NCBI GenBank assembly: GCA_000934665.2 | Contig: KZ538278.1 | Span: forward strand, 1-64,000 | Reading direction: 5' to 3' | DNA from: Catajapyx aquilonaris | Lineage: Eukaryota | DNA length: 64,000 nucleotides | Shown here: in pieces, positions 26,561-38,974 of the stretch | Position numbering within the stretch: the stretch's first letter is position 1 | How the letters are laid out: each line of letters starts with the position of its first letter | Position numbers and translations under genes: made by a program | The notes under the pieces: generated by a model | Database searches by the model: none | What the model was told of the DNA's origin: nothing | Seen by the model: the letters and a program-made list of their open reading frames with translations, nothing else

Positions 26561-27229
26561 GGTGGGCCAAAAAAGGCGGATTTTATTAATTTTAGGTGAG
26601 GGTTGTCCTCATCTCAGTAGTGAGTCAAGGTGAGGGTTCCCAGAGGATGTACCTTACGTAAGATAAGCCTTCCAAGAAGGAAAACAAGGATTTGTTTGAT
26701 GCTAAATAATCCCTAGACGGTATAACCTATTTTCTACAGGTATTGTCGGTCTGGAGTTTATTTCCCGGGTGTAGCTCGCTCCGCAAAAGGTTTCTTTTAT
26801 AGGCTATAAGCTCAGGATATGATGCTACTTGCACATAAAATGAGTTGGGAGTACCTTAGAACACGTAATGTGGCTTTTAAAAAATTCCCTCTTTAAGTAT
26901 CCCCGCAACAGTATAATTTTTAAGTCTGCAAATCTTTGCAAGTCTGAAGTGACTTACACCGAATTCGCTTCGGAATTTAGACCCATCCATTAATTGTAGT
27001 TTCCTCTCTCTCTCTCTCTCTAAAACAAATGATCGTGTTGGCTACAGTCCCAGCCAAGGTCTGGACCAGTTTCAGTCGCAAATGGCTGTATAATTTACAG
27101 TCACCAGGCAGTTGTGGCAGTGTTAAAGTGAGTGTAGTCTTACAAATCCCACCCGCTTTGTTTCCACGGGTCTCAACTTTCTGGCTGGCCAGTGGCGAGC
27201 CCCCCCCCCCCCCCCCCCCCCTCCCCNAG

Positions 27230-27440
27230 TGAGCGACTGACCATCCATCGTCAAATCCATCAGGTCCATCCGCTTTAATAACTAATTGTTCGCAACTACT
27301 CCGGAACGCCCTTTGGGAATATGAAAACGCGAAGGCGTGAAATCGGGGCTTTGGAACCAGCCACCTAAAGGCGCCGGTGGTTATCTTACCAGCGGGTTCA
27401 ACTCTCTGCCAGCCCGTTTCCCAGGAAGATTGCAAAACTT
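27230..27440 (-). mobile_element. LINE C-terminal relic
   Basis: QRVEPAGKITTGAFR resembles xRIQRRAARIITGAFR. Confidence 0.4.
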
Positions 27441-28859
27441 TAGGGGCTTGTTAAAATCGACTGAAAATAATATGAAAAAACGGGAGTTCCCCGGCTATTC
27501 ATTAGAGCAAGTGCTCCTTCTTCAAGTGAAGTTGTTGTAGAGGTGTAATGAAAGGCTAAATTACCTGTTAGCGGCTTAAAAATCGTAATTATTCATCAGT
27601 TTCATGTTAAAATTATTTGGATGGGTGACTTATGAAATGAACAGGTTCCTTTTAAAGACTAACATGGCCACTCCATTTCATATATCTCCGTGCCAATAAA
27701 ACAGCTGATTAATGACACGGATGTACAGTGTCCCTTGGTTTTGGAAGCCAATTTTGCTGATAGTTTCAATTATTGGGTGGCTGAGGTAACCTTTGTCACA
27801 AAACTCTATCGATGATTGCGGCTATACAGGTTGGCTGGTTTTTGCATAACACGGTTCATTTATGCCTAACAGTGTTGGTAAAAATGTTTACAAAGTTTAT
27901 AGCATTAAATTTTACAGGAGCCAGGTGTATAGCTTTGGATTTCAATACAAACTTTGAAGCTTTAAAGAGTTTTAAAGATTCTGGAACATTCTACTTCCAC
28001 GTAGGCTACTGTACTCTACTTCTATTATATGGATGCATTCCTACAAAATGGGTTTAACATGCTTGAAAGTATCTGACTTTTCCATTAAAATTTTGTTTGC
28101 TATGCAAAAATACAGTATAAACATTCATTATGTACTGTACGCCTACTAATAATTCAAGAGACAAATGTTCACAAAATTCAGTCTACCGCTTCAAAATCAA
28201 ATCATTTCCAGAGAATGGGTGCCTATACAATCGAAAGAAGTCCTCTCAATCAGGTACCAGTAACCCAATAATCGCCGGAAAAAGCAGCTAAAACAATATC
28301 AGCACTGTGAAAAATAAAGAAAATTTAGTTTGCGTCTGGTAAAACACTGTTCATAGTGGTCATTCCACCTCTCAAATCTGTGGTTGAACACCTCATTGGA
28401 CATTCAGGATCCAATAAATGGATATGGATCCCCGCTTTTCCAGCCCTAGAATTCCGTACTGATGAACCGACGAGTGGCTCAGAAAAGAAAATTGAGCTGG
28501 GACCCCTGGGTTCAGAGAGCATTAACGCGTATTTATGGCACAAGACACGTGTGGGACTTGGGGTCAGTACATGGGGAAAAGGGGCTCATATACAGTAAAA
28601 AGCCCTGGGATTTGCTGAACCAAAGGACCCTGTTGCATCCCACAGATAGTGCTTTACAGCCCCCTGCCCCTTCTCAATGACAGAAAAAATGACCGTCAAA
28701 GGCCCTTATATACCAGAAACGAATTTTGACATTTTCGGCAAGTACAAAGCTACACGACATCTTGGCCGCCTTCGTCTGAACTACCTGACTCAAGAATAGG
28801 CTTGGGTCTACAGTTCCAAAGCCTGTGAACTAAGGTCCCATCTGAGCTAGAGTAGGTTA

Positions 28860-29285
28860 ACGCGGCACCACAGATGGTTGGTGGTGGCTGGGGACAGTGG
28901 CTGTGTCGCAAAAACGGAGCAGGTAGGCTGAAGGATAGGCGTGTATTAGCTGAAGATAGGCCTGTATCCGCAAGGAAAGAAGGTTAGGTTAGGTTAGGTT
29001 GGTACAGTGTTGGTCATATATCGAGGCAACCGCCAGCGACCTTTTTCCGAAGCGGCAGAAGAAGGAATCGAAGATAAGCATACTACAATCCTGGCGAACA
29101 AGATTCCTTCTTCTGCCGCTTCGGAAAAATGTCGCTGGCGGTTGCCTCGATATATGACCAACATTGTACAGCATACCCTTTCCCCTTCCACATTCGGTGT
29201 GTCATTACGAAATCCAAAAAAATCAATACTTGGGGTCTTGCGTTTGCGACACACCCACTGCCCCCGTCCACTACTAGCCCTCCTG
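28860..29285. mobile_element. TTAGG-containing foldback MITE, copy 1, interrupted by a hairpin MITE
   Basis: Imperfect G-rich/C-rich arms (about 28873-28916 and 29241-29283). Core GATAGGxCTGTATCCGCAAGGAA-(AGGTT)n-GGTACAGCATACCC...AATCCAAAAAATCAAT is shared with 51702-51912. Confidence 0.8.
29005..29166. mobile_element. 162-bp hairpin MITE with TA TSD
   Basis: Arms of about 65 bp with 2 mismatches (CAGTGTTGGTCATATATCGAGGCAACCGCCAGCGAC...), loop of about 30 bp, TA on both sides, empty site present near 51813. Confidence 0.93.
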
Positions 29286-29599
29286 ACTTCTGCTGTGCCT
29301 CTCTTCCCTACTCCTTCCCAGATCTGTGACCCAGCACACAGGATGAAGACTCCCGGATGCACTGAACCGTGCACATGTGTGCCTCAACCTTGAGATGCCC
29401 ACATTTCTCGTCATGCCAAAGCGTTCTCGGTGACAAGTGTTAGTCTAGGTTTGCTGGCAGGCACTGGATAATGAGAAACCTCCGTGTTATTCTCCATCCC
29501 TCTCCGCCATTCATGCAACTTACAAGTTAGAGTAGGCTGGTATTTGGACATAATTTGTAAGAGAGCTTGTCACTCACCCAAATGAGTACCCAATATTGG

Positions 29600-30400
29600 A
29601 CTTGGCGTGGCGAATAGTTTAGAGTGACCTTCGAAGTTTGAGGCCGCCTCAGATGTGTCCAACATCGATTTCGGTTGCTATTTTAATGTCATACCTAGGC
29701 TCATCTACCTGCTGGTGGCCATAGAACCCCCGTCAATAGAATTCCTCATTTGTTTACTTTTGAAGTGCATGAAAAGGTGGGAAATAGGAATGTCCTTGAA
29801 AATTACGCTCTACCAGCAAAACTGGCCTGCTGGATCACATGACTAGACCAGGCCGCAACTAGACAGATCATCTCGGCACTGCACAGTTTACGACGCACTA
29901 AAGACCTCTAAAATCCTACCAATACACGATTTCGCAAGCCGTAACTTGCTTGCAACTACCTTTTCGTGGATGGTATCGTCATGGCGTCAAGGGAGTAAAA
30001 CCTGGCTAACACGCTGGGAAATCTTGTCGTAGTGATGCCAAATGGGATGCAACTATATTGGAGATATTATTAGAAGATTACTATTACGAATCAGTGTAGG
30101 TAGCAGAACCCTACATTTCACTTGTGGGAAGGCGAGTAGTTACAGGATTGCGGAAAATAAAGGGGGTGCTAGGGCTCGCAAACGGTCTGGCTCTTCCTAT
30201 AATAGGCCTATTCCAATTCGTGAGCAGTTCAAAGCTATAAACGAGGTTTTAGGGTTTCCAGACCCAATTGCCAGCCTACCGTGTGAGTCAAAGCTATTTA
30301 AATTTCAGAGGGCGTTTCATAAGAGCCAGAGTATTACGTGGTGCGCTGTAAACAAAGTTCCGCTTCACTTTCCAGCTATGCCATCCTTCGTTTCACTTCT
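29600..30400 (+). mobile_element. Ancient LINE RT relic
   Basis: LICLLLKCMKRWEIGMSLK (like LxxLFNxCLxxGxIPxxWK), TVYDALKTSKIL and YIGDIIRRL...ENKGGARARKRSG (like IxxGVRQGxxLS), in order. Confidence 0.55.
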
Positions 30401-30517
30401 ACAGTAATAATAAAAGGAAGGAGCCAACAGTTACGCGAAATTGGTGTTAAGTACTGCAGTTGTTATGTATAAACTGTAAAATATTTGGGCAGTTTAATTT
30501 TAAAATACAGCAATATT

Positions 30518-31335
30518 ACACTAGGAAACAAAATAGAACTTTTTTCTGGAATATGTACATGAATGTGAGATTCTTATTGTATCTTTTGCGCTGATTTCAA
30601 ATATGCTAACCAATTTCTTCTATCGCCCACAGTCTTTGAGTAATCAGCATTTTATGGTAGCTAATAACTTCTCGTAATGTAAACTAGAGTCATAAACTTT
30701 GAAATAAATTTTTGAGTAAATAATGACTAATATGGCTTATTTAATGGATTACCTATGATGCCCCCGTTGCAGATATACCAAAATCCTCATATGGAATAAT
30801 GTTTTTTTTAACTACATTGAGGTGGCATTGAGTAATGTGCAGTAATTCTATAAAATAAGGTACGTTTGTTACACGATAATGGATGCCGATATTAAAATTC
30901 TGACCCCATATTCACAATCAGCGCCTACTAATACACGAGAGGCACCAAAAATAGCGCCTTAAGCAAAACCTTATGTTGCCCAATAAATTAATGATATTGA
31001 GCTATGCAGAGGAGGCCTACAACTCTCGGGATAGTAAAGCCTGTTACAAAAAATGGATGCCGATAGAAACATTTTGACTTCAAATTCAAAATCAGCGTAT
31101 ACTAATACATAATAAAAAGTGACAGTGGGGCAATTAACAACACCATATTGACAATATATTAGTCATATTGAGCAATGTGCAGTGTACTTTGCAGTGTACT
31201 TTCCGCAAAATAAGGTATGGCTGTTCCAAATATTGGAGATGGTGATGGACACTTTCTGACTTCATATTAGGAATCAGCGCATATGAATGCATTAGAAACA
31301 TCTAAAATTGTGTCAAAATCATTGTTGAGTAGTGT
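30518..31335. mobile_element. Non-autonomous DNA transposon, Sola-like, with repeated subterminal unit
   Basis: Termini ACACTA...TAGTGT, 4-bp TSD TATT (30514-30517 and 31336-31339), three diverged copies of a 175-180 bp unit containing GATGCCGAT...TGAC...AATCAGCG (near 30882, 31056, 31238) and one inverted copy near 30575-30625. Confidence 0.65.
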
Positions 31336-31639
31336 TATTGAGATATTATAATTACAGTATCAGTTCTGATTTTAAAAACAAGTATTAAAAAGTATTTTTG
31401 TTAGTGCCCAGTCCACACCGCAGGAATTGCGCTGTCCTCTGCAGTTACGGATATTCGTGAATTCCACAAGTTCTAGCCGTTAAGATAAGTCAGAAGTGCA
31501 GCCATAAAGGGAACACTTACTTGTAGCAATGCAGTGGTAAATTCTAAAGTTTCTGTAACATTGTCAATATTGGCATCAACATTTGGAGAGAACCAAGAGT
31601 ACAGTATGCGCCAGTCGTAATTTATTTTCCAATCTGCCA

Positions 31640-32250
31640 AACAGATCTCGACATTCTGGATCGGCCGGACCGCCCATGTTGCTCAAGGCTCTTCCGAAAC
31701 CCTCTCTCGGAAAAACCCCCACAGAAAAGGGAGAAAATTCCCAGACAGTCTAGCAGCTTTCCATGCGAGCGAGCTGGACGAATTCGAGAATGTTGCACTG
31801 AGGAAGGCTTATTTTACTTCGGAAGCAGCTCCTTCCGCCTATGAACAGTTATTACTATTCAAATAGCAGGCTGTGAGTTTTCCAGAGCGTGATTCAGTCG
31901 CCAAGCAAAAGGGACGGAGACCTCATTTGCCCCCGTGGAACACTTCCACTAGGCCCATTCGCGGAGGTCTTTTGTTCCAATGGGGTCCTAGAAGTGTCAA
32001 CCAAAAAGGTTGGTCGCATCATAAACTCTTCCTCTACATCATTCTCTGGCGAAATTTCTCATCTGTTGTGGCTGCATGAGCTGAGGGTGGCCCGTCCACA
32101 CTGGGTTGCATATTGATGTGAAATTGTGCAGCGTACTCGGAACTGCGCGTGTTAGTTGGCGGCAGAACTAATTCGTGTTGAAAGATGGAGGTAAACCTTC
32201 ATGGTTTCAACCCATGCTTCTGACGGATGCCTATCACACATAGGATCACT
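31640..32250 (+). mobile_element. Ancient LINE RT relic (Jockey-like)
   Basis: GSAGPPMLLKALP (like GPDGIxxxLLKxLP) and SVNQKGWSHHKLF (like SKAFDKVWHxGLLxKL). Confidence 0.5.
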
Positions 32251-33549
32251 GAGCGGAAGGCTTGCTTCCGACATGTTATGTATATGTGAGAAGTGCCTGC
32301 AATAAACACATGTTGCTCTATGCAATTTGCATCGTCGTGTTATACAGGGTGCAGCATAATTAACCTATCACCATCAGTGGAATATAGGGGCGGAAGCTCT
32401 CGCCTATTATATGACCACCTGGTGGCAACACTGCCGCCACAGAAATGACCTGATTCAAAAATTGGAAGCGTTGGGGTGACGCTAACTGTACACTATGTTT
32501 TGTTGCGGCGTATAAAGCGCGGCTTTAGTGTCGGATGATTAATATGAATCCGACACCTTTTTAAACCTGTGAACTGCATGATAATTTTTAAAAGGCAACC
32601 CTCACAATATGCGCGAAGTCAATCTTTTTCTTTAAATGAAGTCATTATGACAACTTTCAAACGACAATTGCAATATTTCACATTCGTCTCTGTGACATAG
32701 TGAGCCCAGTCAGGAATATGCTCTCTTTTTCTTTGCTCCAATATATCACACACTTACATTATTACCAAATAATCGAAGTGATGACAACTTCATAAATCCA
32801 GCGTACCAATTTTTGTACGTCTGCATTGTTATCCACATAAATCATGAATCAGGTGCAGGTCTATTCAAATAGTAATTTCTCCCTAGCAAGTGATATAAAA
32901 TATTGATGTGATAAAAAAGTAGTTTATTCGAATAATATTCACTTTTTTTAAAAAAAAAATTATGATGATTCGATTTAGGCAAATGAGAAATCTCATATCT
33001 TTCAAAGAGCAATGTATAGTCTACCGTTGATTTCATATTTATTTCCTCTACTTGGTAATATTCTACCGTGATTCGCTTTTGCCAGACCCTCCAGACACCA
33101 CAAAGTTTGTGAAAGTGCGGAATGAAAGCGGTAAATCAATTCCTTGACATCCTGCATGTTGCTCCGTGCTGACTTCTCCGTCGTGGCACAATTGGTTTAC
33201 GTATTGGCCCCGCAAACACGCCAAGGCGAATAAGAAGCGTTATCGGCTAAGCTTTGCAGAAGTGGAATTAAGACTAGCACGAAAATCCGACTTCGTCGAA
33301 AGGAAACGGAAGGCATGCTAATGGATTCATTGGAAGCCGAGCGGGTAATGAAATCTTTCCTTCACACCCTTCCAGATCAGCAGAGTGTACAGACTGTAGC
33401 TTCTAAATATTCCTCTGATTGACTTGCGGAAACGATCATTTGCTTTTGCAATAATTAAGCAACCGCCAAATGCAACCCCATCTGAACGACGAACCAGGCC
33501 TGCTAAAACGTCCAGTCCATAACGTTGGACATATAATGGGCTATCATAA

Positions 33550-33550
<1 letters not shown>

Positions 33551-33613
<63 letters not shown>
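33551..33613. repeat. (ATT)21 microsatellite
   Basis: Perfect trinucleotide run read directly. Confidence 0.98.
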
Positions 33614-36261
33614 GTGGCCAAAAGTCGGTTTTGATGCTGTAGCACCGAAAGTGCTGATCCTGAGTTTGCAGTGGCACATCATTGTACTTGAAGGTATCGA
33701 CTTAATCAGTGTAACCATGCATCCTGCCGTGGGGTTGTAATAGCAGTATAGGGTCAAAGCACTAAAGCCTCGGTTGGTTCAAACACCGGAGATTACACCG
33801 AGAAGGGAAATTGTCCGTGCAATGTTCTTGAAACGTTTTAATCTCTTTGGCCTGCGGCTATACTAAGCGGTCAAGTTAATTTCGGCCGCTATATTGTGCT
33901 TCATAGAAATCCACTTCAGTCCTAAATTCAATTTGGACGGGAGTGGGAGACTCCCGAGTTAAACGTTCTCGTTGCAGAAGCCTTTCTCTCAGCAGTAACA
34001 AAGTAACTTAGTTTTGGAAGGACATGAGGGTTTGAGGTTGGAACTGAGAGCAATAAAATCTAGTGGTAAAATCTCGGCACGAGGTTGAGAGCAATTCTAG
34101 TTTTCGGTCACTTCTCCTAGAAACGGAGCCCATTTCAGTCTAGATCATCCGAATAGACTACCCTTAGAGTATAATTTTAATAGCGCATTTTTTGGGGATG
34201 AATAATTACGTTCGTTGCCCTCGTCTATCCATTGTCTCTCTTGCATTCACTCGGACTCTCTTTGCTGTCACAGAGCGAGTGGCTCTCCGTGAAAAATGCG
34301 TTTCATACTTTTCACACGTGCAGAAGAGCGTTATTAAAATTAATATCAAGAGGACTCCAAATACCAGGCCAACTGTTGCGTGATAAATTGCAGTTCTTGT
34401 GTAAGTGAGTTTAATTAAGAGATCAATCCGCTCAAGTTATGTTCTGCCAGCACCAGTTTTGAGAAATTCCTATGGGTCTGACAAGAAGCTGTCATACTTG
34501 CCAACTAATACAGAGTGACCTAAAATTCCTCCTCTCTGATAGTCATTTTATGGCCTACTTTACTTCACTTCATATTTGGAAGGAATGTTCCGAGACTGGT
34601 TTCCTAGTGCCAGATCTCTTTTATGTCTCATTTGATTACACAGCCTCGGATATGTGACTGCATTCGCTATTCAGCAGTAAACTTCAGTTTCCTATATCGT
34701 ATTAGATCACCAAAGTAGTCAGTCTTTAACAAACATGTCACAATTTTTAAAAATTGCCTCAAATATTGAAACCTTGTGGAATTACAAAAGTACGTATGAA
34801 AACATATAATCCAGTACAAAGTCACATTTGGTTGAGATTAAATTAAGCATCATGTCATATTGTCCTTGGAACCCATCTTCTGATAGTCAAGCAATTTGCA
34901 AGAATAATTTACATATAGAAATTTGTGAAAAATAATCATTCCGAAAGGGATAATTCAATCTTCCAAACTCACATCCTCTTATCCCAAAATCTATCCAGTG
35001 TAATTATGATCATTTAGCATTTCAGGTCTTCAAATGAAATCGATCATTTAATGGCAGAAAATTGTATAAATGTGTGTGATGGACCAAAAGGAAACTCATA
35101 CAGCGTCATCTTTCTGAGCACTTTCTTACAACTGACATAAAATCAGTAAACGCAATATTGCCTGAATTGAAGAAACCCGTGGCTGTCCTACTGACGTTGT
35201 GTAACATTGCTCATTGTAATCCCTCTCAGAGTTTCCAGAAGCACCTCTTCTACCACAGTACTACTTGTATACTATCCACCACATCGGGGGAATTTATGCA
35301 ACAGAATGTGGGCACAGGTGGTTTTTACGCTGTAAAATCGCATTGTAAAAATAATTTGTCACACACTTAATACGTGCCAGTTGGAGACAGACTATTTTGC
35401 TCCATATAATAGAACCAAACAAGTAACCTGAGGTGCACAAGTTTTCTTTAAAATTTAGGAGGAGGAATTGATTCGAGCGAGAAGACATTCTACTTTACCT
35501 CTCTTTCAAGTTGAGAGACGTTCATGCAGGCCCACGATTTCATTTTGCATGGAAATAATCCCTCCTCTGCCCTCCTTTCTCTCCTCTCCGCAACTTATGC
35601 AAAAATGTAAGATATAAAATATCTGTATGTTATGCGATCGATGGTGGTCTAAAAGCGAATGCTTGGCGGTTCGGATTCTGACCGCGGGCAGCCTGTTGAG
35701 CAAACCTTGGCCTAAGAAGAGAAGCCTGCCGGGGAATATTCGCCCGGAATATGTATCTGTACCCTATGGTGGTTAGTAAATCCCCCCCCCCCTATAAATT
35801 TATGTATCGTGATCTAAGGAATTTGTCTTCCTTATGTGTACTCTTGGCATGTCTCTGTTTTATTTTTGAGTCTGAAAGTTGACTCTTTTGGATTGCCCGG
35901 GCCTTAGCTGCAGATGCATTGAGAAGCTCTATACCATGATAGTAAATAGTGCCTAAAATATTCTGACAAAATTTTGCTGCCGCAAACAACAAGTAGTTTT
36001 ACATCATATTGCATGTTGATCAAAAATTGAAGCCATGATCAAAACACGTGTATTTTTAAAAATTAATCCAGTAACGATATGAAATTACATTATCCTTCTA
36101 ACAATAAGTCTGACTAGTTGGGCAAAGTACACAATATGATTCAATGCCATGGATCCTATTAGCTATGATAAGGAGAGTGAAATGATAGATTTGGAAATTT
36201 ACTTGCAGTACTACAACAATGCGCAGTAGTCCAGTAATGGCAGAAAATATTGCATATAGTT

Positions 36262-36513
36262 GAGGGGCTCTGTGCAACATAGTCCTATGCCACATTTTCT
36301 GACGAAATGAGTTAAGGCCATAATATATAGATCCCCAAAGACATGCTACAGCATCTGAGTTAAAATTGTCCCGGTCCATCAACAGATGGTGTGGGTATAC
36401 GGGAAGTAGTCTCATCGGATCCTATGTGACCTTATGGGATGTGAGAAGCTAAATCCTTCATTATCTCGAAATGAACCAGATGTGGCATAGGACTATGTTG
36501 CACAGAGCCCCTC
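36262..36513. mobile_element. Sola2/3-like MITE, 252 bp
   Basis: Perfect 34-bp TIR GAGGGGCTCTGTGCAACATAGTCCTATGCCACAT, GAG...CTC termini, 4-bp TSD AGTT on both sides. Confidence 0.85.
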
Positions 36514-36760
36514 AGTTCATGTCCATAGTTCGAAAGGGACGGAGGACTGCTGGAATATTGTTTATCGATTGTTTACCGCAGCAACCAGATTTAAAAAGCA
36601 CAGTCACGTGAATGTGGCCCTTTCAACAGGCATCTTCTCTTTAAAGGAAGGGTTGTGTCATCCGGCGAATTGATATTTGGATCATGATTTATTTCTTATT
36701 TTTGGAGCCCAACATCCCGAATGAATGAACCCTTCCTTTAAGCCAGGNGGGGGGGGGGGG

Positions 36761-36980
36761 GGACACGATGGTCTAGTGGTTGTGCCACTGACCAACCAAG
36801 CGGGAGGTCCGGGATTCAAATCCCATCCCCATCACCTTCGCTTGGTTGGGTCTTTTTCCGCTCTTCGACCAAAATGTCCGGACCGAATTGCCGCACGAGA
36901 ATTGCACTCCCGTTTCTGCCCAGGGCCAGTTGGGAAAAGGTCGGGGGATTTCAGTTAGTCTTAAATGACTCAAAAACTAT
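36761..36980 (+). mobile_element. tRNA-derived SINE, family B
   Basis: A-box TGGTCTAGTGG (36769-36779) and B-box-like GGATTCAAATCCC (36812-36824) at tRNA spacing, followed by a non-tRNA body ending in an A-rich stretch. Confidence 0.75.
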
Positions 36981-37299
36981 AAGAATACTTTCCTTGGCAA
37001 TATTTTCCTTCATCCAATTTTTGTACATAAGCCAAGGCAAGGTAAAAATCACTACCCAATTATACTTACGCTTACATCGGATTTAAAAAAAATACTTTTG
37101 AAAACAAATGATAAAAACAGATCAAGCGTAGGTAAGCCTATAGCTAAGTTAGCTCGTGGCTCAATGTGAAGTCCCCCAGCTATAATAACTTGATTTAAAA
37201 TGCTGAAGCTAGTTAAGGACCATGGTCCCAGACTATATTCATAAAAGCGTGGCAGTAATTAAATTCATGCGAGATATGTCCCCTCGGTTATTAAATCGA

Positions 37300-37600
37300 G
37301 TCCTCTTTGGGAGCAAATAATTACGAGAGAGCGCAGTTGAAGCGACGACATCGTCAGGCCCCGGAATTCATGCCGTCGGAAGTTGGAGCAGACTACCCTG
37401 TTTGTCTTTCTGGTCATTAACTCGGATACACTTGCCGGAGGGCCACCCGTAACACTTGTTTCCTTAAGTTTCCTCCTAATGACGCGTTCAAAGCCTTATT
37501 ATCAGAACCTACACTTACTAATAACTTGTGTTCCATTATGCCTTCAATGTTGCCGGCAATCTCAAAATGCAGCCGCCATCGTTACGATCCTCCACTGCCC
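37300..37600 (+). mobile_element. Possible LINE post-RT relic
   Basis: FVFLVINSDTLAGGPPV resembles KFLGVIIDxxLxWxPHI. Weak. Confidence 0.3.
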
Positions 37601-37699
37601 ATTCATCTTTCTACTCCATTATAGTATAACACTAACTGTAAAATATATGTGGAATTTGAGTGACTTAAAAAATTTAATGTCGTCTACAGTAAGTTGATA

Positions 37700-38750
37700 G
37701 ATTCCATGCTTGCAATGGTGCGTATTTTACAAAGCCAATACTGAATAGGCGTAATGTGAGACATACCAGTTGCAATCCGGAATCAGTCACACGGGTGCTG
37801 TAATAGTACTCTGTGTGTATCGATTTTACTTGGTTGGTATTGAGGCTTGGAAAGCGTAACAGGTCCCTGCGGTGACAACTCTGGAATAAGTTTAAAATTC
37901 TACCTGCAATCATTGCCAAGAAATAATAGGTCGTAAACAGCATTATGCGCTATCCAAGAGTGTAACCGGAAGAAGGCGTGTCCCAAAAGTCACAAGAATT
38001 GTGTTTATGATCCTACTGCTGTTTTGGTGCCACACCTTGAAGTAATGCACTTTCCGCATTATTTAGAAACGCCCTGCATAGTGCATTATTAATATAATTC
38101 CACCTCTTTGCATGGTGTGAAGATAAGCGAGTTCTGAGCGATGCATTAAGGTCTACCCAGCAATTTTTCGGTTTATTAAGTTGTAGGCTATACGTGAACA
38201 ACTTAATAACGACTAAATCTATTAACTTATACAAGCTGTCATGTAAGAATATGATCAGACTACAGCTTTCTTCTGTGAGATGTTGATCAACAAAATGAAC
38301 AACACAAGTCACTTTAAAACTTGGGAGAGTAGGAAATTAACCTGTTTCGAACGTTCGCTCTTCAAGTTTGCATAGACGTTGAATGTATACATTAATTAAA
38401 TTTATAAACATAGCGCGTCCCTGCGCACATCCAGCCTGATGCGTCTTGCAAAGTGTGAGTTGTCCGTATCAGATTTGGTTAAGTGTCAAATTAGTAAGTG
38501 ATGAATAGCTATCCAAGAAGGGTTTACGGCTTTCCAGCTGCAACCAGCTTCTCTGCGATGCAAAGTAGGCCAAGCTTTTTTTTCCCCCCTTCCAGTAGAA
38601 TATCCCATTTTTACTCGACCGGCACTTTCGTAAACATTTCCAAAGAGAATGCATGAATGTTAATGAAGCAGCAGTGCACTGTAAAAATGCTTCATACATT
38701 ATTCGCATCGTTGAGTGCAACATGCATTTTGTCGAGCCACCATAAACAAT
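37700..38750 (-). mobile_element. Ancient LINE RT relic
   Basis: CLRKCRSSKNGIFYWKGGKKSLAYFAS (like LKxAKVIPIYKKGDKxxxxNYRPIS) followed by FTYSLQLNKPK (like FxxNxLxLNxxK). Confidence 0.5.
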
Positions 38751-38905
38751 ATTTCACATAATACCTGCGTGAAGGTAAAGCCATTATGGAGTACAAAAGT
38801 AGTAGGCCTAGTCTAAAAAGCGAAGGGAAAAAAACTGCATTACACAACCACATCCCCATGTAAGTTAATTACCTACTCGTAGTATTTTTTATGTATTATC
38901 ACCAC

Positions 38906-38940
<35 letters not shown>

Positions 38941-38941
38941 G

Positions 38942-38973
<32 letters not shown>

Positions 38974-38974
38974 C
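38906..38974. repeat. Compound microsatellite (AAT)~12-G-(AAC)11
   Basis: Read directly. It may be the 3' tail of an adjacent minus-strand retroelement. Confidence 0.95.

Noticed and set aside
28459..28490. Hammerhead-like CTGATGA...GAAA
   Set aside because: Stem II does not pair next to the core, and the site lies in probable LINE-derived sequence.
28989..29393. Mirror-image ORFs on both strands (MLVIYRGNRQR...)
   Set aside because: They are produced by the 162-bp hairpin MITE. The same applies to ORF pairs at 4368-4842, 54797-55109 and 55242-55561.
36761..36830. tRNA gene
   Set aside because: A and B boxes are present but there is no acceptor stem or full cloverleaf, and it continues into a SINE-like body. 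The same holds for 58562 and 50575.
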